A DNA stretch of 64,000 bases from a virus. Taxonomy: Duplodnaviria; Caudoviricetes. The position numbers were made by a program, and so were the translations under genes. The stretch spans positions 1 to 64,000 of IMG/VR virus record IMGVR_UViG_3300033066_001150, one strand, 5' to 3'. Below the pieces are notes generated by a model. The model was given only the letters and a program-made list of their open reading frames with translations. It did no database searches and was not told where the DNA came from. Of the stretch, positions 19,499 through 27,704 are shown piece by piece. The number at the start of each line of letters is the position of its first letter. Position 1 is the first letter of the stretch.

Positions 19499-19566
19499 CT
19501 GGGCTTGGGACCAGCCTCCCAACATTCGGGAGGACGCATTAGAGGGCTTGTGGCCCTCCCCTCTGC
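19499..19566 (-). ncRNA. twister-like ribozyme (divergent copy)
   Basis: GCAGAGGG-GAGGGC(CACAA)GCCCTC-TAATGC-GT-P3-CTGGTCCCAAGCCCAG; T1 is CCC/GGG instead of TCC/GGA. Confidence 0.8.
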
Positions 19567-19820
19567 TAGAGTTGTTGTGGGCAGTGCGCCCGAAGGAACA
19601 GGACGATCTGTTCCTCCCGTTCGAGTTGAGTGAGTCGTCGACCGTTGACAGCCGTGTCGAACATTTTTGGTTGCTCGCGGGTCGTGTCCACAAGGTTGAC
19701 CAATGCGGACAGGATACAGGTGCTCTCCTGATGCGGTTGTGCTGAGTAGGTGCAGTACCTCCGCAGGGTGTCGATCAGTTCCAGTTCGAGTGACGTGTTG
19801 TCTACATAAACGCTAGACAT
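19566..19820 (-). CDS. hypothetical early protein
   Basis: RBS GGAG; stop abuts the ribozyme. Confidence 0.5.
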   Translation of the reverse strand: MSSVYVDNTSLELELIDTLRRYCTYSAQPHQESTCILSALVNLVDTTREQPKMFDTAVNGRRLTQLEREEQIVLFLRAHCPQQL

Positions 19821-20011
19821 GGCGATGCTCCGTTTGAAGTTGACTGATTTGAATTTGCAGGTTCTCAATATACCCTTCATGGGCATAGACCATGACCCCA
19901 CCGATATTCCAGTGTCGGCGGTACCGGGGCCAGCAGTCTCGCATCCATGCTGGGAACTGACGTACAAGCTTGTCGTACGTCTCGCGGTTTACGAATAGCG
20001 AACGTTGCATT

Positions 20012-20296
20012 TCAGGTACTCACGACTGTGATGGAATAGTACATGGCCAGGATCAGCCACTCGGATCCGAACACTACGGGCGCGAACCGCCCCTCCTCGT
20101 TGACCGCGATCACGTATCGGCAACGTGTGGGGTCCCCGCCGGACCGTTGGATGGCCTTGTTGAGGGCCGCGATAGCGTTGCTTCGGGTCGCATAGGTCGT
20201 GCGCGTTTGCAGAACCTGTAACATCCCCGGCAGGGGCTGAGTTGACTTGGTGGCGGGATGGCGAGCACCTTCCTGGCCACTGATAGGACTGCTCAT
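20012..20296 (-). CDS. hypothetical early protein
   Basis: RBS AAGGAAACGCC-ATG right after a ribozyme; RYVIAVNEEGRFAPV. Confidence 0.6.
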   Translation of the reverse strand: MSSPISGQEGARHPATKSTQPLPGMLQVLQTRTTYATRSNAIAALNKAIQRSGGDPTRCRYVIAVNEEGRFAPVVFGSEWLILAMYYSITVVST

Positions 20297-20312
20297 GGCG
20301 TTTCCTTATGAC

Positions 20313-20380
20313 GGGGACTTGGAACCCCTGTGACACGTTGTCACAGTGCATTACAGGGTGCTTCGCACCCTGTCCTCTGC
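20313..20380 (-). ncRNA. twister-like ribozyme
   Basis: GCAGAGGA-CAGGGTGC(GAA)GCACCCTG-TAATGC-AC-P3-GGGGTTCCAAGTCCCC. Confidence 0.8.
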
Positions 20381-20381
20381 A

Positions 20382-21023
20382 TTAGTCGTGGTCGAACGTT
20401 TCCACGTATAAGGCGGGGCAGTCAAAGAACTGAGCCGTCTCGGCGGACATTGGCTTGCTGTGCCGACTCCGCTTCGCGGACACACGTAAGCCCGTTCCAA
20501 ACCCACTGGGAACGAACGTGATGGACTTCCCTTGCTTCAGTTGTGCCGTTCGCTCCACACGGCTCTCCGGCGTGATACGGTAGGGGATGCCGGGGATGTC
20601 CAGCCGGCGGGCGTCCACCTCGTTGAACTTCACCACCCGGTCGCACTGTTCAGCGATCACTTGACTGGGGTCCGGCATATCCTTTAACGCCTTGGCGTCG
20701 TATGGCGAGTAGAACGAGTCCTCCACACCAAGGCGGTCGAACGACCGCCACCCCTTGCTCGACGCGAAGTTCGTGTGCCCCGAGTAGACCACATGACTCT
20801 TCTTCGAGCGGAAGTCCACCCGCTCTTCGATACAGAACACGATGATGATGCTGTCTGACTTCAGCACGATGGACAGCATCCCCGGCATGGAGTCCTTTCC
20901 TCCATAAGGAATCCCGCTCGTGTAGAAACCGTCCAGTTCCTCACGGGACCATCCCTCGGGGGCTTTGATGGACTTGGCGAACTCGCGCATACCCTTGGTC
21001 ACTTCCGGCTTGGTCGTAGTCAT
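20382..21023 (-). CDS. hypothetical early protein
   Basis: RBS GAGG; flanked by ribozymes. Confidence 0.6.
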   Translation of the reverse strand: MTTTKPEVTKGMREFAKSIKAPEGWSREELDGFYTSGIPYGGKDSMPGMLSIVLKSDSIIIVFCIEERVDFRSKKSHVVYSGHTNFASSKGWRSFDRLGVEDSFYSPYDAKALKDMPDPSQVIAEQCDRVVKFNEVDARRLDIPGIPYRITPESRVERTAQLKQGKSITFVPSGFGTGLRVSAKRSRHSKPMSAETAQFFDCPALYVETFDHD

Positions 21024-21039
21024 GGTCGTGTACCTCACT

Positions 21040-21107
21040 GGGGACTTGGAACCCCTGACACACGTCGTGTCAGTGCATTACAGGGTGCTTCGCACCCTGT
21101 CCTCTGC
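21040..21107 (-). ncRNA. twister-like ribozyme
   Basis: Same core, with P3 CTGACAC/GTGTCAG. Confidence 0.8.
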
Positions 21108-21108
21108 G

Positions 21109-21348
21109 TTAGCCAGCGAGTGCGGCGTTACACGCCTCCGCGGTTTTCCGTCCCTTGTCGGTCAGTCGTATCGTGTAGGACTGAACCGTGATCAACTCCA
21201 GCGCGACCATCAGGGATCGAATAGCCTCGTACTTTTCCATGTCCATCCCCATTGCGAGGTAGATGGAGCTCTCCGGGGCTGGGGCGTCCGTTTCCAGTAG
21301 CGTTGTGAGAATGGCGGCGACCGTTGCGTAGACTTCTTTCTTGGACAT
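21109..21348 (-). CDS. small winged-helix-like protein
   Basis: IYLAMG...IRLTDKGR; flanked by ribozymes. Confidence 0.55.
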   Translation of the reverse strand: MSKKEVYATVAAILTTLLETDAPAPESSIYLAMGMDMEKYEAIRSLMVALELITVQSYTIRLTDKGRKTAEACNAALAG

Positions 21349-21363
21349 GGTGTTTTCCTTACT

Positions 21364-21426
21364 GCGGACTTGGAACCGCCCGATACATTATCGGGTGCAT
21401 TACAGGACCGAAGTCCTGTCCTCTGC
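21364..21426 (-). ncRNA. twister-like ribozyme (P4 compensatory variant)
   Basis: P4 GCGG/CCGC replaces GGGG/CCCC; P3 CCCGATA/TATCGGG. Confidence 0.8.
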
Positions 21427-21725
21427 TACTCGTTCGGGGCCATGGGTCCGTTGTAGACCTGTCCCTTGATCTTAATTGTAATGATGTTCCCGAGGGGGAT
21501 GGACCGGAACCCCTCGGCTTGCATGTCCCATACGGGCAGCAGTCCCTTGTCGAGGGCGTTGTAGGCGGGACCGTTCCCCGTCTCGCCCTTGACCTTGTTC
21601 ACCGTGCCGAACCGGCACAGCATATCCCGGACCTCCCCAGTGGTACGCTTGATGAACTTCACTGAGAAGATTGTACCCCCGGCTTGCTTGCGTACGAAAC
21701 TAGCCAACTGTTTGACGGTAGCCAT
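21426..21725 (-). CDS. WYL_2/SH3-barrel-like protein
   Basis: FSVKFIKRTTGEVRDM...VWDMQAEGFRSI. Confidence 0.65.
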   Translation of the reverse strand: MATVKQLASFVRKQAGGTIFSVKFIKRTTGEVRDMLCRFGTVNKVKGETGNGPAYNALDKGLLPVWDMQAEGFRSIPLGNIITIKIKGQVYNGPMAPNE

Positions 21726-21739
21726 TCTATCACTCCACT

Positions 21740-21804
21740 GGGGACTTGGAACCCCTGTCCTACGTTAGGACAGCGCATTACAGGACCGAAGTCCTGTCCT
21801 CTGC
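21740..21804 (-). ncRNA. twister-like ribozyme
   Basis: Same core, P1 with UUCG loop, P3 CTGTCCTA/TAGGACAG. Confidence 0.8.
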
Positions 21805-22253
21805 TAGAGACAGACCGTGGGTTGGAACAGGAACAACATGGCATTCCACCGGGCGATGCAGTTGTCGACCTCTTGCCAGAACGATTTGTACTCAATCACT
21901 GTGAGCTTGGTTTTGAGCTCCCCGCGAATCCTCTCCAGAATTTGCTCCACTTCCCCCTCTTCTAGTGGGTCGTCATTGTAGCAGGGTTCATGTTCCATCG
22001 CCTCGGTCACTCGTCGTTTGAACTCGTCCCGCGTTACGACTTCGAACCGGTCCCCGTGATGGTACGCTACGACCCGGATGTCGTTTTCAGCACAAGCAAG
22101 GCTGTGGTCGATTTCCACCCCGAAGCTGAAGTCTTCGTCCATTCGGTAGTCGAACCGGAGGAACCATCGGTCCCGACCATTAACCTGTCCCATGCTGAGA
22201 CAGGGGAGGTTGATGTTCGTTGTCGTTTGGGAGCTGAGGCATGTTACAGTCAT
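21804..22253 (-). CDS. hypothetical early protein
   Basis: RBS AAGGAAACGCC-ATG; flanked by ribozymes. Confidence 0.55.
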   Translation of the reverse strand: MTVTCLSSQTTTNINLPCLSMGQVNGRDRWFLRFDYRMDEDFSFGVEIDHSLACAENDIRVVAYHHGDRFEVVTRDEFKRRVTEAMEHEPCYNDDPLEEGEVEQILERIRGELKTKLTVIEYKSFWQEVDNCIARWNAMLFLFQPTVCL

Positions 22254-22269
22254 GGCGTTTCCTTATGAC

Positions 22270-22338
22270 GGGGACTTGGAACCCCTGACCCAACATCGGG
22301 TCAGTGCATTACAGGGTGCGAAGCGCCCTGTCCTCTGC
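22270..22338 (-). ncRNA. twister-like ribozyme
   Basis: Same core, P3 CTGACCC/GGGTCAG. Confidence 0.8.
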
Positions 22339-22339
22339 A

Positions 22340-22519
22340 TTAGTTGTCTTTGTTGGGGTTCTTGTAGTGCGGGCAGCGTCCCTTGCGGAGCATTCGCATG
22401 TAGAAGCCCCGTGCCTTGAGCAGGGAATCAAATGACTTGCTCAGGCGCGCTGTGCCTTTGGTGTTGTCGTACGTGACCAGAACTTCTGGGTCTGGTGTGC
22501 CGATAGGACGTGGACCCAT
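22340..22519 (-). CDS. small basic hypothetical protein
   Basis: RBS GGAG; MGPRPIG start; flanked by ribozymes. Confidence 0.55.
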   Translation of the reverse strand: MGPRPIGTPDPEVLVTYDNTKGTARLSKSFDSLLKARGFYMRMLRKGRCPHYKNPNKDN

Positions 22520-22533
22520 CTTATTACTCCACT

Positions 22534-22601
22534 GGGGACTTGGAACCCCTCGTTCACGTTGAACGAGTGCATTACAGGGTGCTTCGCACCCTGTCCTCTG
22601 C
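22534..22601 (-). ncRNA. twister-like ribozyme
   Basis: Same core, P3 CTCGTTCA/TGAACGAG. Confidence 0.8.
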
Positions 22602-22602
22602 A

Positions 22603-23268
22603 TTACCAGCTGTGATACGCTTGTCGGGCACAGTCCCACAACGCCTTCTCCGGGTCGTTGGGGTCGGCGTTGCTGGTTGAGTACGACCCGAAGGAACCCG
22701 ACGACCCATTGCACACGGTCATCGCGCACTCACGTGACGTGCGGCCCATCCAGTCCGTGGTCGGGGGCCCGATACGGACTGTCATGATCTCCCAGCCCTT
22801 CTTACGCTCCACGTAGGCTTCCATGACGGGAATACGTACCGTGTAGACCTCGTTGCCGTCCGGGGCAGTGAAGTGTTGAAGGACGTTAAGTCCCTCTTCT
22901 CCACATGCCGCCTTGACTGCCGCGAGTTCCTCGGCCATACGGGCTTCGTAGGCCGCGTGTCGTTCGTCGTCCGCGGCCTTCCGTTCGGCCCGGCGTTTCT
23001 TATCGGACTCTTCTCGCCATTCCAACTGAACCCAGTTCTTGTCCGTGTTCTCCACGCACTCAAGGTGCGTTATGGCCTTCCGTTCCACGGGCTCCCCGCT
23101 TTCACGGAACAGAACCGGGGACTCTTCCACGTAGAAGCGTCCAGTCTTGGTCACCTTCGTCACGTTGACCCGACGGAACGTTCCCTTGCGGCTGTCCCGC
23201 AGAATGACCACGGACCCCACGGACACATTCCGGGGGCGGGTAAGAAATTCGTACTTTTGTTCGGTCAT
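22603..23268 (-). CDS. hypothetical early protein
   Basis: RBS GGAG; flanked by ribozymes. Confidence 0.6.
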   Translation of the reverse strand: MTEQKYEFLTRPRNVSVGSVVILRDSRKGTFRRVNVTKVTKTGRFYVEESPVLFRESGEPVERKAITHLECVENTDKNWVQLEWREESDKKRRAERKAADDERHAAYEARMAEELAAVKAACGEEGLNVLQHFTAPDGNEVYTVRIPVMEAYVERKKGWEIMTVRIGPPTTDWMGRTSRECAMTVCNGSSGSFGSYSTSNADPNDPEKALWDCARQAYHSW

Positions 23269-23282
23269 CTTATTACTCCACT

Positions 23283-23348
23283 GGGGACTTGGAACCCCTG
23301 ACCCAACATCGGGTCAGTGCATTACAGGGGCGAACCCCTGTCCTCTGC
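23283..23348 (-). ncRNA. twister-like ribozyme
   Basis: Same core; P3 identical to the copy at 22270. Confidence 0.8.
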
Positions 23349-23349
23349 A

Positions 23350-24207
23350 TTACTTCGCGGCTTCTGTCAGTTGGGTCAGTTGCTTCTTGGTCAGTTTGGC
23401 GGGTTCGCCCCACCGAGTGGACCCTTTCTTCCCGGCCACGTAGTGCATTCGCATTGTGGCATGACTCATACCCTTGCAACCAAGGGTCTCAATCGCAAGG
23501 GTCAGGGCATCGAACTCCCAACCTTTGGCCCCCAGTGTGCGACACACGGCGCAGGCGTTCAGGCCGAACACCGTGTAACGGGCTTTGGTTTTCTTGTCGG
23601 TGGCCTTCGTCGTTTCGGCTGTCTTCTCAGCCTTGACTGCGGGGACGGCACTCGAATCGGTGGGAATGTACTCGTCCCCGTTCTTGGTCGCGAACCCGTG
23701 GGTCAACAGGAACTTGAGGTGCCCCGCCATCCGGCCCGAGTTGAATCCTGTCGCCTTGCACAAGGCGGCGGCGGTACGATGTCCGGCCAGGAAGGCAACG
23801 TTGATGAGGTTCGCTTGCGACCCCACACGATTCCCCATGGCGTCCCGTTCGACGGGGGCCTTGGCGGCCTTCTCTTCCTTGGCGGCTTTCTTCTCCGCTT
23901 TGGCTTCTTCGCGGGCGGCGGCTTTCTCCGATTTGGTGGCCAGTTTGCCGGCCATCAACGTGTTCATTTCACGTGCCGACAATGGGCGTTCTTCCGGCCA
24001 TTCTTCGCTCAGCCACTGTTTGACATCCCGTGGGTCCACAATGTCGAACGAACGGGAGTAGAATACAAGGGCCTCGACCATGTAGTGTCGGTCGTTCTTC
24101 AGTCCGATTTCCCGGACCTTGTGAGCCCAAGCAATCACTCCATCACGCGAGGCGTCTTTGAGCTCGACCGGACATTTGCCGGCCGGCGTTGCAATTTTGT
24201 TGATCAT
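23350..24207 (-). CDS. Lys/Ala-rich DNA-binding protein with winged-HTH-like domain
   Basis: RDAMGNRVGSQANLIN...GHLKFLLTHGFA, paralogous to 7432-8091. Confidence 0.6.
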   Translation of the reverse strand: MINKIATPAGKCPVELKDASRDGVIAWAHKVREIGLKNDRHYMVEALVFYSRSFDIVDPRDVKQWLSEEWPEERPLSAREMNTLMAGKLATKSEKAAAREEAKAEKKAAKEEKAAKAPVERDAMGNRVGSQANLINVAFLAGHRTAAALCKATGFNSGRMAGHLKFLLTHGFATKNGDEYIPTDSSAVPAVKAEKTAETTKATDKKTKARYTVFGLNACAVCRTLGAKGWEFDALTLAIETLGCKGMSHATMRMHYVAGKKGSTRWGEPAKLTKKQLTQLTEAAK

Positions 24208-24221
24208 GGTCTTGTCCTGTT

Positions 24222-24289
24222 CGGGCTTCGAACCGTCCCCACACGTTGCGGGGGCCACATTACGTCCCAGTGATGGGACGTCGTCTGTG
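24222..24289 (-). ncRNA. twister-like ribozyme (most divergent, first in the transcript)
   Basis: CACA-GA-CGA-CGTCCCA(TCAC)TGGGACG-TAA-TGTG-GC-P3-CGGTTCGAAGCCCG; P2, T1 (TCG/CGA) and T2 (GC/GC) all covary. Confidence 0.75.
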
Positions 24290-25227
24290 TTGCATCTAAA
24301 CTCACCGTATGCTCTATTCTGCCGGGGAATGTACCGGTCCACCGCGCAGTCGGTGCTGCGGGCCAGAAGAAGTCGAGTTGTCAAAGATCAAACGGGGCAC
24401 ATGGTTCGTTGCGTGTGTCACCCCCACGTTCCAACGCGACGTAGCGCATTGGACCCCGTGGGCCATCTTAGCAACGGTCCCCCTAGCCGGTCCCGGGTTC
24501 CTCAGGGCGCGAAACGCCCAAAGTCCAGGCCGGCATGCATTTGAAAAAGAACGTTTGGGGCGCTTGGCCCCGTGTGCCCCGTTGCGGGGCGCACATAGGG
24601 ATAACGGAAACGGGGCCGGTCCGAACACGCAAAAAGGGGCGCGAAAATCACTTTTTTTGAAACTTTTCAATGCGCAGGTCGTTTTCGTTGTTTGGGGTCA
24701 AAACCGCCTAGAAACTTGCGGTCGGACTGGCGGATCGCCGGGAAAACAAGGGGATCGCCACCGCTGGAGAAGGACGCCGCCCAATTTCGTCTCAGGGGCG
24801 CGACCGCCTACGAGCCCGATACTTAGGTCATCCCCGTCAAAAGACGCCCCTGAGACGACCGTAGGCGGCGTCGGGTGTACAAGATGGGTTCGACCTGTAA
24901 ACAAACCTGACGTCTGGACATCTGTACAAAATGCTTCGCTTTTGTACAGATGTCTACAAAAGCGAACAGGTTTGACGTTTTGTCGGGGTTTCTACTGCTT
25001 TTTGGATTTTGACTTGACACGGGTCGGTGGCAGTCGGCTGGCGCAGTACACGGCGGGCTGTCCCCACAATGATTCGGTCCACAGTTTGGCGTGGTCTCCA
25101 AATAGTTTCTTGGCGCGAATGTTACGGCATTCTCGGTCGTCGTCGCGAATGACCATCGGTTCGTCCATGTTGTACTCCCGTTAGTTTGACTTGATCAAGG
25201 CACTTTATCATCGGTCGTGAACTGCCG

Positions 25228-25584
25228 ATGTTACAGGAGAAGGAACGAGATCCCATGAAAGACTGCTACAGTTACGTATGCTCTCCCCGTCATCTCGCTG
25301 TGGTGGACGTGCATTTTTGTGTGGGAATGCGGATGTGGGTAGTGTCTCGTGTCAATGTCCCGGCTCCTTTCCGGCGAAGGGGTATTGCCACACGGTTGAT
25401 GGGGGAGGTACTGGAAGATGCCGATAACGAAGAGGTCTGGCTGGCGTTGTGGGTCAATCCTTACGGAGACATGACGGCCGAGCAGTTGGTCGATTGGTAC
25501 AAGCGCTTGGGGTTCGAACCGGCCAGTGGGGCCGACGACGATGCAGGGTGTATGGTACGTCCACCACAAGGGTCTGCGGAATGA
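25228..25584 (+). CDS. GNAT-family acetyltransferase
   Basis: VPAPFRRRGIATRLM...LVDWYKRLGF. Confidence 0.8.
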   Translation: MLQEKERDPMKDCYSYVCSPRHLAVVDVHFCVGMRMWVVSRVNVPAPFRRRGIATRLMGEVLEDADNEEVWLALWVNPYGDMTAEQLVDWYKRLGFEPASGADDDAGCMVRPPQGSAE

Positions 25585-26210
25585 AAATGACAGCGGGTCG
25601 GGACAGCAATGGACGGATTCGGATTGGGTATTGGAAGAATAAGGACGAACCGGATTTGCCGGACCCCAGTGATTTCATTGACAAGAAATGGGACTGGGAG
25701 GAACAAGACAAGGTCGTCAAGTACCTGACCCGGGACCAGTTTTGTTCCACGGTCTACAAGGGCTGGTCCACGTGTCGCATTTGCGGTTGTAAGAACTGGT
25801 CCGCCGACATGACGGACGGGACCTACGTGTGGCCCAGTGGGTTTCAGCACTATGTTCTCGGGCACAATGTCAAACCGACCAGCAAGTTCCTTCAACACGT
25901 TCTGGAGCAAAGTAGAAACCCTCCACAGAAACCCGAACTCAAGAATAAACCAGCTTGGGCGTTTGATACCCAAGCCGCGCCGAAGATTTCTAAAAAACAC
26001 AAAAAACAACATCCTGCGAACTTCGACGATTATTGTCCTGTCTGCCGTGGGCTGATTGGATGGGACAAGTTGGTCGAGTTGTATGGGGACAAATCGTTCC
26101 AACAGGTTGTGAAGGAAAAGCACCGCGACTTGGAATGCCCCCATTGCGAATGCGCATTGCAGGTCTGCGCGGTTGTGTTTTTTGGCCTCCGGCAAGCCCC
26201 TTTCGAGTAG
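25581..26210 (+). CDS. Cys/His-rich hypothetical protein
   Basis: YKGWSTCRICG...TDGTYVWPSG..HYVLGHNV; C-terminal CxxC pairs. Confidence 0.6.
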   Translation: MKMTAGRDSNGRIRIGYWKNKDEPDLPDPSDFIDKKWDWEEQDKVVKYLTRDQFCSTVYKGWSTCRICGCKNWSADMTDGTYVWPSGFQHYVLGHNVKPTSKFLQHVLEQSRNPPQKPELKNKPAWAFDTQAAPKISKKHKKQHPANFDDYCPVCRGLIGWDKLVELYGDKSFQQVVKEKHRDLECPHCECALQVCAVVFFGLRQAPFE

Positions 26211-26859
26211 GGATATAACATGACATCGAGTACGGATGAGCAGTTTCGGGTGTGGCTCCTCGCGGTGGACCAGATACTCAAATCCGAGTGTGGGCTGGGA
26301 CACGATGACCTGCCCGACCAGTGTTATCGGGACATGTTCGACGCTGGGGACAGTCCCCAAGACGCCGCGACGGAAGCCTTAGGCGGGTAATGAAACCGAT
26401 CAGGACTTACAAACGCTTCTTTCAACTCCTCCACAAATTGCGGAGAGAAGAAACGCACACGTTCGTCCTGCTTGATTCTAATTACCGTATCAAGTCCACG
26501 GACCAGCGGCAGGTCAACGCACATACGATTTGGGTTCCCTATCTGTGGAGTGCGACGTACACAACACACCTTAGCCCCTTTCAGATTCTCTTTCACACCT
26601 ATTTTCAACGGGGGAACGAGAGGCGGTGGGTGTGTTGTGAGTACGCGGCTGTGCAGATGGGGATACCCAAACGGAAATTCCAAGAACTCGAGAAAGCCCA
26701 ATGGGATAAGCCCCGGCATTTGTTGTCCCTTCGACGACGGATGTTGTGGGCGTGTGGGCTTGTAGAAATTACCAGTATAGACCGGCGTTCTTTCCGCCAT
26801 CATGGGACTAAGCCCTTACGGTCCCCCAAGCCCCAGAAGACCCAGAAAAGGTCCAAGGA

Positions 26860-27384
26860 ATGACGGACAGTATGTTTCGTTCGGCGGTACGTGTTTCCCG
26901 CATTTGGGGAGAGGAGTATCACTACACTTCCCGGTACTGTCTAGCCAAGACCCTCGTTGTGCGAGGTCCCTTGTCGGTACAAGTCCACCCCCGAAAATGG
27001 GAGACGTGGTCTGTTGTGTCCCATGATCCACGTGCGTTGCTCTACTTGGGCTTTCGTCCTTCTTTACGGTCCGACTTGACACAAGGGTCTATTCGGCAAG
27101 CCGTAGAGGAGGGTCGTCTTCTACAACTGCTGGTGTCGGTCCCGGCGGAGGTGGGAATGACGATTGTGATCCCGCCCGGCTGTGTTCATATGGCGATGGG
27201 AGAACAGTTGGTACTCCATGAGGTCCAGCCGTTCGAGGACGAGACGTACCGTCTTTTCGACTGGGGAAGGCCTCGTCCGTTGCACATCGGGGAGGCTTTG
27301 ACGTGTCTGGATATTAAGGCGGAACCGCTCGTGTACCACCCCGTGGACACCGCAACTAGGTCAAAGTGGGAGACAGCACTGTGA
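26860..27384 (+). CDS. short phosphomannose-isomerase-like cupin
   Basis: LSVQVHP, ETW, PGCVH, EVQ, TYRLFDWGRPRPLHI. Confidence 0.7.
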   Translation: MTDSMFRSAVRVSRIWGEEYHYTSRYCLAKTLVVRGPLSVQVHPRKWETWSVVSHDPRALLYLGFRPSLRSDLTQGSIRQAVEEGRLLQLLVSVPAEVGMTIVIPPGCVHMAMGEQLVLHEVQPFEDETYRLFDWGRPRPLHIGEALTCLDIKAEPLVYHPVDTATRSKWETAL

Positions 27385-27704
27385 GCAGGACCTACTATGT
27401 CAGTGCTTGGTTTAAGGAACAGCTGATACAACAGTGGTCTAATCCGTGGATGCGACAGGCGCTACAAGGACCAATCGTGAACGAAGTCCTGCTTGGTCTC
27501 CCCATTGTGGTCTCTAGTTATCTGCCATACAAGACGGGAAAGATTATTCAAAAAGACCCTTTTGTCACGTACGAACCACGTGACATGATTTGGGCGGAAC
27601 GAGTGGGACTGGCCCAGTGGGAACTTTGTCACGCTGTCTGTGCAGAATCCCCGCCTGCTTATTTCGACCGTCCCGACCACGTTACGAAACCGGAGAAGTG
27701 ACCC

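Noticed and set aside
17485-23348. Repeats as intrinsic terminators
   Set aside because: No U-tracts follow the hairpins on either strand.
17485-24289. CRISPR array or integron attC sites as the explanation for the intergenic repeats
   Set aside because: The spacing is 200-2000 nt and contains whole ORFs, there is no cas or integrase gene, and the covariation fits a twister double pseudoknot.
24222-24289. tRNA suggested by GGTTCGAA
   Set aside because: There is no cloverleaf, and the sequence fits the twister layout.
23317-25184. Plus-strand ORFs 23317-24273 and 24309-25184
   Set aside because: One is an antisense shadow; the other crosses inverted-repeat-rich non-coding DNA and lacks protein-like features.
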